Positions 1-10,244 of a stretch of 57,114 nt of DNA are shown piece after piece. Below the pieces are notes generated by a model, which was not told where the DNA came from, searched no databases, and saw only the letters and a program-made list of their open reading frames with translations. The stretch covers positions 1 through 57,114 of the forward strand of contig CBDFAZ010000001.1 in the NCBI GenBank assembly GCA_965245685.1, written 5' to 3'. Numbering within the stretch: position 1 is the stretch's first letter; each line of letters starts with the position of its first letter. Made by a program: the position numbers and the translations under genes. Origin of the DNA: an uncultured Streptococcus sp. Its GTDB lineage: Bacteria; Bacillota; Bacilli; Lactobacillales; Streptococcaceae.

Positions 1-168
1 GTGCTGGAAATCTACAATGCCCTGCGCCCTTACCGGTCTTCCAAACAGGAATTATTGGACATTGCCAATGAATTGGAAAACCAATATGGAGCTGTTATCT
101 GTGCGGGCTTTGTCAGAGAAGCCGCTGAAAATTATGAGCGCCGCAAGAAGTTGAAAGGCGACAACTAA
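1..168 (+). CDS. pduE: Diol/glycerol dehydratase small subunit, 3' end (partial)
   Basis: Frame 1 reads VLEIYNALRPYRSSKQELLDIANELENQYGAVICAGFVREAAENYERRKKLKGDN*, the typical PduE/DhaE C-terminus; lies just before the reactivase genes. Not in the ORF track. Confidence 0.92.
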   Translation: MLEIYNALRPYRSSKQELLDIANELENQYGAVICAGFVREAAENYERRKKLKGDN

Positions 169-266
169 TCCGGTTTTATCAAGGCTATTTTGGGTTGAAA
201 AAAGATTGTTATCACTGCTTTTATAAATGCTACTCAAAATAGCCTAATCTTGGTGGAGGTGAAAAT

Positions 267-2123
267 GTGAAACGAATCATTGGAGTAGACATAGGAAATT
301 CTTCGACCGAGTCTGCCTTAGCTGAAGTGCAAGATGATGGAAGCATTCACTTTCTTGCCTCAGCCATTGCGGATACAACAGGTATCAAAGGAACCAAGGA
401 AAATGTCCACGGGATTTATCAATCTCTGAGAAAATTGATGGAGCAAACATCCCTTGAACTAGGACATGTTGATTTGATTCGGATCAATGAAGCGACGCCT
501 GTTATCGGTGATGTTGCCATGGAAACCATCACAGAGACAGTCATTACTGAGTCTACTATGATTGGTCATAATCCTCGTACCCCAGGCGGTCTGGGTCTAG
601 GGATCGGACTCACGGTAGATATTCTCGATTTGGTTCATCATCCGATTGATGGGAAATACATCGTGGTAGTGCCGAAGATTATTGATTTTGACTTGGTTGC
701 CCAGCTGATTAATGCCTATCTAGCCAAGGGCTATCAGATTACCGCTGCAATTCTGCAGGCGGATGATGGGGTTCTGGTCAATAACCGCATTAGTCGGAAG
801 ATTCCAATCGTGGATGAGATTCTCTTTATTGACAAGGTTCCTTTGGGAATGCAAGCTGCTGTTGAAGTGGTAGAGCAGGGGAAGGTGATTTCTCAATTAT
901 CCAATCCCTATGGCATTGCGACGGTCTTTGGCTTGAGTGCAGAAGAGACGAAAAGTATTGTTCCCATTGCCCGTGCCCTCATTGGCAACCGCTCGGCTGT
1001 CGTGATTAAGACACCGGCAGGTGATGTTCAGGCTCGGACGATTCCAGCGGGCAGTATCCAAATTATCGGCAAAGAGCATACCTTAAAGGTGGATATTTCC
1101 AAGGGCGCCGATGAGATTATGGAGAAAATCATCTATGCTGGCGAGATTAGCAATGTTGTCGGAGAAGCGGGAACCAATGTTGGAGGCATGTTGGAGAAGG
1201 TTCGTCAAACCATGGCTGACCTGACCGAGAAAGAGCCTTCCGACATTTATATCCGTGACTTACTGGCTGTCAATACTTTTGCTCCGATTTCTGTGCGCGG
1301 TGGTGTGGCTGGAGAATTTTCTATGGAGCAGGCTGTCGGCATCGCCTCTATGGTAAATTCTGACAAGCTGCAAATGTCCATCATTGCCCAAGAAGTCGAA
1401 CGAGAGCTGGGAATTACCGTAGAAATCGGTGGAGCAGAAGCTGAAGCAGCTATCCTCGGAGCCCTGACTACACCAGGGACAGATCGTCCTTTAGCGATTT
1501 TGGACTTGGGAGCAGGCTCGACAGATGCTTCCATTATTGATAGCAGAGGGGAAATCATGGCTGTCCATCTAGCCGGTGCCGGTGATATGGTAACCATGCT
1601 GATCAATTCGGAGTTGGGACTGGAAAATCATCATCTGGCAGAGGACATCAAACGATATCCTTTGGCCAAGGTAGAAAGCCTCTTCCATATCCGGCATGAA
1701 GACGGCACTGTTCAATTTTTTGATAAGCCGCTATCTGGAGATTTGTTTGCCAGAGTCGTCATCGTTAAGGAAGATGATGAGTTTGTTCCTATTGATGATG
1801 GAGACTACTCTATCGAGAAAATCAAACTCGTTCGGCAGTCTGCCAAGGAAAGAGTCTTTGTTACCAATGCAGTTCGGGCTCTCAAGCGTGTCAGTCCTAC
1901 TCAGAATATTCGAGACATTCCTTTCGTTGTCATCGTAGGTGGCTCAGCTTTGGACTTTGAGATACCTCAGCTAGTGACAGAAGCCCTCTCTCAGCATGCC
2001 ATTGTAGCTGGTCGAGGCAATGTGCGTGGCTTGGTGGGGCCTCGAAATGCAGTAGCGACCGGACTGATTTTGACCTATGTCAGAGAGAAATGGGGGGCCG
2101 GCTATGGAATTAGCTTATACTAG
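267..2123 (+). CDS. pduG: Diol dehydratase reactivase large (alpha) subunit
   Basis: GVDIGNSSTE, IRINEATPVIGDVAMETITETVITESTMIGHNP and LDLGAGSTDAS motifs; GTG start after a GGAGGTG SD. Confidence 0.95.
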   Translation: MKRIIGVDIGNSSTESALAEVQDDGSIHFLASAIADTTGIKGTKENVHGIYQSLRKLMEQTSLELGHVDLIRINEATPVIGDVAMETITETVITESTMIGHNPRTPGGLGLGIGLTVDILDLVHHPIDGKYIVVVPKIIDFDLVAQLINAYLAKGYQITAAILQADDGVLVNNRISRKIPIVDEILFIDKVPLGMQAAVEVVEQGKVISQLSNPYGIATVFGLSAEETKSIVPIARALIGNRSAVVIKTPAGDVQARTIPAGSIQIIGKEHTLKVDISKGADEIMEKIIYAGEISNVVGEAGTNVGGMLEKVRQTMADLTEKEPSDIYIRDLLAVNTFAPISVRGGVAGEFSMEQAVGIASMVNSDKLQMSIIAQEVERELGITVEIGGAEAEAAILGALTTPGTDRPLAILDLGAGSTDASIIDSRGEIMAVHLAGAGDMVTMLINSELGLENHHLAEDIKRYPLAKVESLFHIRHEDGTVQFFDKPLSGDLFARVVIVKEDDEFVPIDDGDYSIEKIKLVRQSAKERVFVTNAVRALKRVSPTQNIRDIPFVVIVGGSALDFEIPQLVTEALSQHAIVAGRGNVRGLVGPRNAVATGLILTYVREKWGAGYGISLY

Positions 2124-2484
2124 AAAACCCACCATTAGGCTGATAGCTACGGACAATGCTCCTGCGGATAAGGTGGCACAAATCGGCTACGGTATTGAAG
2201 AGGAAGGCATTCCTTTTAGTCTGGTCAGCCCAGATGAAGTTAGCGATCCTGTATCACTAGCGCATGTGGCTGCAACTCAATCCCAGCTTTTAGTAGGGAT
2301 TGCCTGTGACGGGCGAGACGCAGTCCTCCATTATCGTAACCTGCCGCTTGAAAAATTTATCTATCGCATCAAAGATTATTCCGCTATACCAGACCATGTC
2401 TTGCGCCTATTTGGCTCAAACGCAGCGCGTTTGGTCAAGGGAGTCCCGTTTAAAAAATCTGATCTGTTAGAAGCATCTTTTTGA
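2104..2484 (+). CDS. pduH: Diol dehydratase reactivase small (beta) subunit
   Basis: GIEEEGIPF and GSNAARLVKGVPFK motifs; overlaps the end of pduG; start taken at ATG 2104. Confidence 0.9.
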   Translation: MELAYTRKPTIRLIATDNAPADKVAQIGYGIEEEGIPFSLVSPDEVSDPVSLAHVAATQSQLLVGIACDGRDAVLHYRNLPLEKFIYRIKDYSAIPDHVLRLFGSNAARLVKGVPFKKSDLLEASF

Positions 2485-2542
2485 CTTGTTCCGATCAATT
2501 CAAAAAGATGTCCGTATCAACTACTGAAAAGAGGTGAAATAG

Positions 2543-3076
2543 ATGGCTAGAGATAGAGAGAAAGACGAGCTCAGCAGTCCAGAACTATCAAGCTGGGGAG
2601 GAAACTCAGAATTGCAGGACAGCATTATCCAAAAAGTCCTTGCCAAATGCCAAACCTTACTGGATAAAGAGCCTCTTCTTTTCACAAATATCTATCAGGA
2701 TGCCTGGGAATTGGTGACAAGGGCCAGACGCAAGGCTGAAGAGCTGGGACTAGCCGTCGTAATAACGGTGGTTGATTCAGCAGCACAAGTTGTGATGACC
2801 TATCGTATGGAAAATGCCTTGTTAGTGAGTAACGATATGGCTTATAAGAAAGCTTATACAGCTGTCGGCATGAGAATGCAGTCCAAGGATTTAGCACCTT
2901 TAACTCAGCCTGGCCAATGGCTCTACCAGCTGGAAACGATGACTGACAATAAGGTCGTTAGTTTAGCAGGTGGCATTCCTATTTATTGCCAGTCAGAAAT
3001 GATTGGCGGTATCGGCGTCAGCGGAGGAAGTTCTGAAGAAGACCAGTCCATTGCTGAGTATGCTGTAGGTCTGTAG
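2543..3076 (+). CDS. GlcG/HbpS-family heme-binding protein (like the PduO C-terminal domain)
   Basis: VVITVVD, MAYKKAYTA and GGIPIY...IGGIGVSGGSSEEDQSIA motifs; pdu context; GAGGTG SD. Confidence 0.85.
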   Translation: MARDREKDELSSPELSSWGGNSELQDSIIQKVLAKCQTLLDKEPLLFTNIYQDAWELVTRARRKAEELGLAVVITVVDSAAQVVMTYRMENALLVSNDMAYKKAYTAVGMRMQSKDLAPLTQPGQWLYQLETMTDNKVVSLAGGIPIYCQSEMIGGIGVSGGSSEEDQSIAEYAVGL

Positions 3077-3260
3077 AGAAGCAAGCTAATTAAATAATAT
3101 CAGAGGAGAGAATACCACTTGCAATCCATGCTCTGGAGCTAGGGATTTTCTCCTATTTTACGAGCATATTTCTCTGGTAATCTCTTGAAATCTATGGCGT
3201 GCGGAATAAGCAACTTAGATGAGAGAGTATAAAGTATTTCAAAATGAAGGAGTATGGAGT

Positions 3261-3974
3261 ATGGAAAAATATCTAGGTGAATTTTTGGGCACCATGGTTT
3301 TGATGGTTTTTGGGAATGGAATCGGAGCGTCTATCAGTCTTAATAAGAGTCTTGCAAAAGGTTTCTCTCCCAATTGGTTTACCGTTGTATTTGGCTGGGG
3401 CTTAGCAGTGACCTTGGGTGTCTATACGGCAGGATTTTACAATACTGGCGGTCACCTTAACCCAGCTGTCACTATTGCCTTTGCGGTGGGTGGCATCTTC
3501 CCTTGGGAGCAAGTGGTGGGCTATATCATCGCTCAGATTCTAGGGGCCTTTGTCGGAGCCGCTATTGTAATGCTCTTCTATTATCCCCATTTCAAAGAAA
3601 CCAAGGCAGAAGAAGGAAATTCAGTTGGCGTATTTGCTACTGGACCAGCCATCCAGAATCCAGCATTTAATCTGCTCAGCGAAATCGTTGCGACTTTCTT
3701 CTTCATCTTTGCACTTTTGATGATAACGCACGGCGAAATCACGCCTGGACTCACTCCGCTCTTAGTTGGCTTCCTAATTATGGCGGTCGGCTTGTCTTTG
3801 GGTTCGACGACAGGTTTTGCCCTCAACCCAGCTCGGGACTTCGGTCCGCGCCTTGCTTATGCCTTCTTACCAGTTCCGAATAAAGGAGATGCAAACTGGG
3901 CTTATGCTTGGGTGCCAATTGTCGGACCGACTATCGGCGCAGTCTTGGCAGTCTTGGCAGTCAATGCTATGTAA
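3261..3974 (+). CDS. MIP-family glycerol/propanediol facilitator (PduF/GlpF-like)
   Basis: Two NPA motifs (GGHLNPAVT, FALNPARDFGPR); start taken at ATG 3261 after AAGGAG/GGAG. Confidence 0.92.
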   Translation: MEKYLGEFLGTMVLMVFGNGIGASISLNKSLAKGFSPNWFTVVFGWGLAVTLGVYTAGFYNTGGHLNPAVTIAFAVGGIFPWEQVVGYIIAQILGAFVGAAIVMLFYYPHFKETKAEEGNSVGVFATGPAIQNPAFNLLSEIVATFFFIFALLMITHGEITPGLTPLLVGFLIMAVGLSLGSTTGFALNPARDFGPRLAYAFLPVPNKGDANWAYAWVPIVGPTIGAVLAVLAVNAM

Positions 3975-3986
3975 TATACAAAATAG

Positions 3987-4024
3987 TAAATAAGCTAGCC
4001 GACCATTTGAAGCTAGCTTATTTA
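3987..4024 (+). terminator. 13-bp perfect inverted repeat after the facilitator gene (terminator or stabilising hairpin)
   Basis: TAAATAAGCTAGC-12 nt-GCTAGCTTATTTA; the U-tail is weak. Confidence 0.55.
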
Positions 4025-4107
4025 TCTAACAAGCAGCAATGGAAAGTTTCAGTTTTCAAAAAACGTTATTTGAAAAAATCACTGTTTTCATTGCTCAGGA
4101 GAAAAAT

Positions 4108-5307
4108 ATGTCTAAAAAAATTTTTGCGATTAATGCGGGCAGTTCGTCATTAAAATTTCAACTGCTCAGTATGCCCGATGAAAGCCTTTTGGTGAAAGGA
4201 ATTTTTGAAAAGATTGGCTTAAAGGAAGGCATTTTTAAGATTGAATTTGAAGGTCAAAAAGAAAAGGAACTGCTGGCCATTCCCTCTCATCAATTTGCGG
4301 TGGATTACCTACTGAACTTTCTTTTGGAGCGGAAGCTGATTGCTTCTCTGGACGAGATAGATGGAGTCGGTCATCGCGTAGCCCATGGCGGAGAATCTTT
4401 TGATGATTCTGCTTTGATAGACGAGAAAGTGCTATCCATCATTGAGAAACTGTCCTTCCTAGCTCCTAGCCATAACCCTGTCAACTTGGTAGGGATTCGA
4501 GCTTTCCAAAAGGCGCTGCCGGAGACAGGACAAGTGGTTGTGTTTGATACAGCCTTCCATCAAAGCCTTTCAGAAGTCTATTATCTCTATCCTCTTTCCT
4601 GGGATTACTATCATAAATACGGTTTGAGAAAGTATGGTTTCCATGGAACGAGCCATAAGTATATTTCTCAAAAGGTACAGGAGATTTGGGAAGGGCAAGG
4701 AGAAGCTGCGGAGCATTTGAAGATTATCAGCTGCCATTTGGGCAATGGTGCTAGTATCTGCGCCATTAAAAATGGTCAGTCTGTCAATACTTCGATGGGA
4801 TTCACCCCCTTGGCTGGCCTGATGATGGGCTCCCGCTCAGGTGATATTGACCCTATGATTCTTCCTTTTTTGCTAGAACAAGAAAAATTATCAGCCCAGC
4901 AATTAAGTGATGTCCTCAATAAAGAATCTGGTCTGCTAGCAATCTCCCAGCTCAGCAATGATTTAAGAGATGTTCTGGAAGCCTGTGACAGAGGCGATGA
5001 AAAAGCCAGTCTAGCAGTCAATATGTTTGTCAACCGCATCGCTCAGACCATTGCAGGATACATCACAGATTTAGATGGTCTGGATGCCCTGGTTTTCACT
5101 GCTGGAATCGGGGAGAATTCAGCCTTGATCCGCAGTTTGGTCGTTCAAAAACTCAATTGCTTAGGACTTTCTTTAAATCCGGCAGCTAACGAGCAAGGTC
5201 AGCTCTTTATTCAAAATTCCCAGTCGCAGGCTAAAATTCTCATTCTTCCAACCAACGAAGAATTGATGATTGCCCAAGACACCATGCGCTTACTAGACTT
5301 TAACTAG
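4108..5307 (+). CDS. ackA: Acetate/propionate kinase (AckA/PduW family)
   Basis: INAGSSSLKF, GHRVAHGG, YGFHGTSH, CHLGNGAS, FTAGIGEN and PTNEELMIA motifs; start ATG 4108 after AGGAG. Confidence 0.92.
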   Translation: MSKKIFAINAGSSSLKFQLLSMPDESLLVKGIFEKIGLKEGIFKIEFEGQKEKELLAIPSHQFAVDYLLNFLLERKLIASLDEIDGVGHRVAHGGESFDDSALIDEKVLSIIEKLSFLAPSHNPVNLVGIRAFQKALPETGQVVVFDTAFHQSLSEVYYLYPLSWDYYHKYGLRKYGFHGTSHKYISQKVQEIWEGQGEAAEHLKIISCHLGNGASICAIKNGQSVNTSMGFTPLAGLMMGSRSGDIDPMILPFLLEQEKLSAQQLSDVLNKESGLLAISQLSNDLRDVLEACDRGDEKASLAVNMFVNRIAQTIAGYITDLDGLDALVFTAGIGENSALIRSLVVQKLNCLGLSLNPAANEQGQLFIQNSQSQAKILILPTNEELMIAQDTMRLLDFN

Positions 5308-5347
5308 GTCAAAAAGAAGATGAATCGTCTATCAGTTATTCATATTT

Positions 5348-5383
5348 GAAAAGACAGAGCAAGACCTCTGTCTTTTCTTTTTT
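5348..5383 (+). terminator. Rho-independent terminator ending the pdu cluster
   Basis: GAAAAGACAGAG-CAAGAC-CTCTGTCTTTTC followed by a T run. Confidence 0.8.
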
Positions 5384-5453
5384 AGCTTAGATATCCTGCC
5401 ATCTCCCAGTTCTGTAAGCACAGTCTGCTGGAGCTTTTTTGCTTTTTTCATTC

Positions 5454-5482
5454 TTGAAAGATATAGGAAAACATGCTATAAT
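5454..5482 (+). promoter_or_regulatory. Sigma-A promoter of secA
   Basis: TTGAAA-17 nt-TATAAT with extended TG at 5474-5475. Confidence 0.8.
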
Positions 5483-5532
5483 GAAAAGAACATTCTAAAA
5501 ATCAGAAAGATTATTATATAGTAAGGAAAAAA

Positions 5533-8052
5533 ATGGCGAATATTTTAAAGACTATCATTGAAAATGATAAAGGTGAATTAAGAAAATTAGAAAAAATGGC
5601 TGATAAGGTCTTGGCTTATGAAGACGAAATGGCAGCTTTGTCTGATGAAGAACTTCAGGCAAAAACAGAAGAATTCAAGAAACGCTATGCTGATGGCGAA
5701 AGTTTAGATCAGCTCTTATTTGAAGCTTTTGCGGTTGTCCGTGAAGGAGCTAAGCGAGTGTTGGGCCTTTTCCCTTATAAGGTTCAGGTTATGGGTGGAA
5801 TTGTTCTCCATCATGGTGATGTTCCAGAGATGCGTACCGGTGAAGGAAAAACCTTGACAGCGACGATGCCAGTTTACTTAAATGCCCTTGCAGGCAAAGG
5901 TGTGCACGTTGTCACAGTCAATGAATACCTTACTGAGCGTGACGCGACCGAAATGGGTGAGCTCTACTCTTGGTTGGGCCTTTCTGTCGGTATCAATCTG
6001 GCAGCTAAGTCTCCATCTGAGAAGAAAGAAGCGTACGCTTGCGACATTACCTATTCAACCAATGCTGAAATCGGCTTTGACTACCTGCGTGATAACATGG
6101 TAGTCCGCGCTGAAAACATGGTACAGCGTCCGCTCAACTATGCCTTGGTCGATGAGGTGGACTCAATCCTGATTGACGAAGCTCGGACACCGTTAATCGT
6201 ATCCGGACCGGTTTCTTCAGATACCAACCAGCTTTATCATATGGCTGACCACTATGTCAAATCTCTGGATAAGGACGACTACATCATCGATGTTCAGTCT
6301 AAGACGATTGGTTTGTCTGACTCAGGTATTGACAAGGCAGAAAGTTACTTCAAGCTGGACAATCTCTATGATATTGAAAATGTTGCCCTGACTCACTTTA
6401 TCGACAATGCTCTGCGAGCTAACTACATCATGCTCCTTGACATTGACTATGTGGTCAGTGAAGATCAGGAAATTCTGATTGTCGATCAGTTTACTGGTCG
6501 GACAATGGAAGGCCGTCGTTACTCTGATGGTCTCCACCAAGCGATTGAAGCTAAAGAAGGTGTGCCGATTCAGGAAGAAACAAAGACTTCTGCTTCTATT
6601 ACTTATCAGAACCTCTTCCGTATGTATAAGAAGCTGTCCGGCATGACAGGTACAGCTAAGACGGAGGAAGAAGAGTTCCGCGAAACATACAACATTCGTG
6701 TTATTCCGATTCCAACCAACCGTCCGGTAGCACGTATTGACCATTCTGACCTGCTCTACCCAAGTATTGATTCTAAGTTTAAGGCAGTTGTTCAGGATGT
6801 TAAAGAGCGTCATGAAAAAGGGCAGCCTGTTCTGGTCGGTACCGTTGCGGTTGAAACCAGTGATTATATTTCTAAGAAATTGGTAGAAGCTGGGGTTCCT
6901 CACGAAGTTCTTAATGCGAAAAACCACTATAAAGAAGCACAAATTATCATGAACGCCGGCCAACGTGGTGCGGTTACCATTGCGACCAATATGGCCGGAC
7001 GGGGAACCGATATCAAGTTGGGTGAAGGTGTTCGCGAATTGGGCGGTCTCTGCGTTATCGGTACAGAGCGCCATGAAAGCCGCCGGATTGACAATCAGCT
7101 GCGTGGACGTTCAGGCCGTCAGGGTGATCCAGGTGAGTCACAATTCTACCTGTCACTGGAAGATGAGCTGATGCGTCGCTTTGGCTCAGAGCGCATTAAA
7201 GCCCTCTTGGATCGAATGAATCTTAGTGACGAAGATTCTGTTATCAAGTCTGGCATGCTGACCCGTCAGGTAGAGGCAGCTCAGAAGCGTGTCGAAGGAA
7301 ATAACTACGATACACGGAAACAAGTCTTGCAGTATGATGATGTGATGCGTGAGCAGCGGGAAATTATCTATGCTGAGCGCCACGATGTCATTACTGCTGA
7401 CCGTGACCTCAGTCCTGAAATCCATGCTATGATTAAACGGACGATTAACCGTATCGTTGATGGCAGCAGCCACTCTGATCAGGATGATAAGATTGAAGCG
7501 ATTTTAAACTTTGCTAAGTATAACTTGGTTTCAGAAGATTCTATTTCAGATAGCGATTTGGAAGGCAAGTCTGACCAAGAAATCAAAGATTATCTGTTTG
7601 AACGTGCACTGGAAGTTTACGACAGTCAGATTGCTAAGCTGCGAGACGAAGAAGCTGTGCGTGAATTCCAGAAGGTCTTGATTCTGCGCGTGGTGGACAG
7701 CAAGTGGACTGACCATATCGACGCCCTTGACCAGCTGCGCAATGCTGTTGGACTGCGTGGCTATGCACAAAATAACCCAGTTGTCGAATACCAAGCAGAG
7801 AGCTTCCGTATGTTCAACGACATGATTGGCTCCATTGAATTCGATGTGACTCGTCTGATGATGAAAGCGCAGATTCATGAGCAAGAGCGCCCTCGGACCG
7901 AGCGGGCTATCAGTACCACAGCTACCCGCAATATCTCTGCCAAGGCGCCAAATATGCCTGAGAATACAGACCTGTCTAACGTAAAGAGAAACGACCCTTG
8001 TCCATGTGGCTCTGGCAAGAAGTTCAAAAACTGTCACGGCCGTAAAAAGTAA
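5533..8052 (+). CDS. secA: Preprotein translocase ATPase SecA
   Basis: [35 protein letters not shown] motifs; C-terminal [14 protein letters not shown] zinc motif. Confidence 0.98.
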   Translation: MANILKTIIENDKGELRKLEKMADKVLAYEDEMAALSDEELQAKTEEFKKRYADGESLDQLLFEAFAVVREGAKRVLGLFPYKVQVMGGIVLHHGDVPEMRTGEGKTLTATMPVYLNALAGKGVHVVTVNEYLTERDATEMGELYSWLGLSVGINLAAKSPSEKKEAYACDITYSTNAEIGFDYLRDNMVVRAENMVQRPLNYALVDEVDSILIDEARTPLIVSGPVSSDTNQLYHMADHYVKSLDKDDYIIDVQSKTIGLSDSGIDKAESYFKLDNLYDIENVALTHFIDNALRANYIMLLDIDYVVSEDQEILIVDQFTGRTMEGRRYSDGLHQAIEAKEGVPIQEETKTSASITYQNLFRMYKKLSGMTGTAKTEEEEFRETYNIRVIPIPTNRPVARIDHSDLLYPSIDSKFKAVVQDVKERHEKGQPVLVGTVAVETSDYISKKLVEAGVPHEVLNAKNHYKEAQIIMNAGQRGAVTIATNMAGRGTDIKLGEGVRELGGLCVIGTERHESRRIDNQLRGRSGRQGDPGESQFYLSLEDELMRRFGSERIKALLDRMNLSDEDSVIKSGMLTRQVEAAQKRVEGNNYDTRKQVLQYDDVMREQREIIYAERHDVITADRDLSPEIHAMIKRTINRIVDGSSHSDQDDKIEAILNFAKYNLVSEDSISDSDLEGKSDQEIKDYLFERALEVYDSQIAKLRDEEAVREFQKVLILRVVDSKWTDHIDALDQLRNAVGLRGYAQNNPVVEYQAESFRMFNDMIGSIEFDVTRLMMKAQIHEQERPRTERAISTTATRNISAKAPNMPENTDLSNVKRNDPCPCGSGKKFKNCHGRKK

Positions 8053-8072
8053 GCATAAAAGAAGGAGAATAG

Positions 8073-9104
8073 ATGACCTTTAAAGCAACCAGTCAACCCA
8101 TTGATGTGGCAGAAGTTCGCCAACTTGCTAAGCTAGAAGGCGACATGCTCGCTCGCAAGGAAAAGCGTGACCGAGAATTAGAAGCGATTCTGCGTGGTCA
8201 AGATGACCGCATTCTCTTGGTTATCGGTCCCTGCTCTTCAGATAACGAAGAAGCGGTGCTAGAGTATGCCAAGCGTCTATCTGCTCTCCAAGAAGAAGTA
8301 AAAGATCGCATCTTTATGGTCATGCGGGTTTATACTGCCAAGCCTCGGACGAACGGAGATGGCTACAAAGGGCTTATTCATCAGCCTAATGCGACTGCCG
8401 CTCCTAGTCTGATTAACGGCATCAAGGCAGTCCGCAATCTGCACTATCGGGTTATTTCTGAGACAGGCATGACCACAGCTGATGAGATGCTCTATCCAGA
8501 AAATCTGCCTCTGGTAGATGATTTGATTTCTTACATGGCTGTAGGAGCTCGCTCGGTTGAAGACCAGCAGCACCGCTTTGTTGCCAGTGGAGCGGATCTA
8601 CCGACTGGCTTGAAAAATCCGACTTCTGGCAATCTCAATGTCATGTTTAACGGCATCTATGCAGCTCAGAACAAGCAGAGTTTCCTCTTTTCCGGTAAGG
8701 AAGTCGAAACATCTGGCAATCCTTTGGCGCATGCCATCTTGCGCGGTGCCCTCAATGAATACGGCAAGAATATTCCCAATTACTATTATGATAACCTGCT
8801 GGACACCATTGCCCAGTATGAAAAAATGGGCTTAGAAAATCCCTTTATCATCATTGATACCAATCATGATAACTCTGGTAAGCAGTATCTGGAACAGGTT
8901 CGTATCGTTCGCCAGACTCTGATTAACCGGGACTGGAATGAAAAGATTAAGGCTACAGTACGTGGCTTTATGATCGAGTCTTATCTGGAAGACGGTCGTC
9001 AGGACGAACCAGAAGTCTTTGGCAAGTCCATTACTGATCCTTGTCTGGGCTGGGCCAATACGGAACAGCTGGTTCGTGAAATTTATGATACATTAGGAAA
9101 ATAG
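8073..9104 (+). CDS. DAHP synthase (class I-alpha), paralogue 1
   Basis: LVIGPCS, MRVYTAKPRT, GARSVEDQ, KSITDPCLGW motifs (AroF/G family). Confidence 0.93.
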   Translation: MTFKATSQPIDVAEVRQLAKLEGDMLARKEKRDRELEAILRGQDDRILLVIGPCSSDNEEAVLEYAKRLSALQEEVKDRIFMVMRVYTAKPRTNGDGYKGLIHQPNATAAPSLINGIKAVRNLHYRVISETGMTTADEMLYPENLPLVDDLISYMAVGARSVEDQQHRFVASGADLPTGLKNPTSGNLNVMFNGIYAAQNKQSFLFSGKEVETSGNPLAHAILRGALNEYGKNIPNYYYDNLLDTIAQYEKMGLENPFIIIDTNHDNSGKQYLEQVRIVRQTLINRDWNEKIKATVRGFMIESYLEDGRQDEPEVFGKSITDPCLGWANTEQLVREIYDTLGK

Positions 9105-9105
9105 T

Positions 9106-10137
9106 ATGGCATTTATCGAAAAAGGTCAGAAGATTGACATTGAGCAGATTAAGTCCAGAACCAGACTGACTGGTCAGGACTTGGTTCATAAAAACAAGCG
9201 AGACCAAGAACTAGCTGAGATTCTCAGTGGCGAAGACGAGCGCATTCTCTTGGTGATTGGCCCTTGTTCGTCGGACAATGAAGAGGCTGTGCTGGAGTAT
9301 GCCCGCCGTTTGTCAGAGCTGCAGAAGAAGGTCGCAGATAAGATTTTTATCGTCATGCGCGTCTATACTGCTAAGCCGAGGACCAATGGGGATGGCTATA
9401 AGGGCTTGGTTCATCAGCCGGATACTTCTAAAGCACCTAGCCTTATCAATGGTTTGCAGGCAGTTCGTCAGTTGCACTACCGTGTCATTACAGAGACTGG
9501 TCTGACGACGGCCGATGAGATGCTCTATCCGTCCAATCTTGTACTGGTAGATGACTTGGTTAGCTATCATGCGGTTGGGGCTCGCTCGGTAGAGGACCAG
9601 GAGCATCGTTTTGTGGCGTCAGGTATTGACGCTCCGGTCGGCATGAAAAATCCAACTTCTGGCAATCTGGGTGTTATGTTTAATGCTGTCTATGCGGCAC
9701 AAAATAAGCAAACTTTCCTTTTTCATGGTCAGGAAGTAGAAACCTCTGGGAATCCTTTGGCTCACGTTATTCTGCGTGGGGCTACCAATGAATATGGTAA
9801 GAACATTCCAAATTTCTACTATGAAAATATGCTGGATGCCATTTCCTACTATGAAAAGATGGGCTTGGAGAATCCTTTCATCGTCATTGATACCAATCAC
9901 GATAACTCTGGCAAGCAGTATCTGGAACAGATTAGGATTGTGCGTCAGACCTTGCTTAATCGGGATTGGAACGAAAAGATTAAGAGAACGGTTCGTGGTT
10001 TTATGATTGAGTCTTATCTGGAAGACGGTCGGCAAAATGAGCCGGAAGTCTTTGGTAAATCCATCACCGACCCTTGCCTGGGCTGGGCCAATACTGTTCA
10101 GCTGATTGAAGAAATTTACAACACTTTAGATAAATAA
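9106..10137 (+). CDS. DAHP synthase (class I-alpha), paralogue 2
   Basis: Same motifs; tandem 343-aa paralogue of the preceding gene. Confidence 0.93.
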   Translation: MAFIEKGQKIDIEQIKSRTRLTGQDLVHKNKRDQELAEILSGEDERILLVIGPCSSDNEEAVLEYARRLSELQKKVADKIFIVMRVYTAKPRTNGDGYKGLVHQPDTSKAPSLINGLQAVRQLHYRVITETGLTTADEMLYPSNLVLVDDLVSYHAVGARSVEDQEHRFVASGIDAPVGMKNPTSGNLGVMFNAVYAAQNKQTFLFHGQEVETSGNPLAHVILRGATNEYGKNIPNFYYENMLDAISYYEKMGLENPFIVIDTNHDNSGKQYLEQIRIVRQTLLNRDWNEKIKRTVRGFMIESYLEDGRQNEPEVFGKSITDPCLGWANTVQLIEEIYNTLDK

Positions 10138-10195
10138 GGAAAATTGAAAGGGACAGTCTTGACCTGTAAAGAGGACTAACTGTCGGGTGAAGACG

Positions 10196-10223
10196 AACTC
10201 AGCTGGCAGTCCAGCTGAGTTTT
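10196..10223 (+). terminator. Hairpin or terminator after the aro pair
   Basis: AACTCAGCTGG-CAGT-CCAGCTGAGTT-TT. Confidence 0.6.
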
Positions 10224-10244
10224 GTCGCCTTTATAGAGAATGAT

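Noticed and set aside
3077..3260. Cobalamin riboswitch or EutV/ANTAR dual hairpin in pdu intergenic DNA
   Set aside because: No B12-box or paired hexaloop consensus could be identified, and no terminator U-tract.
6322..8037. Long antisense ORFs over secA (and similarly over pduG, yqeH, gatB and DUF62)
   Set aside because: Shadow frames of well-conserved genes, with no SDs or recognisable motifs.
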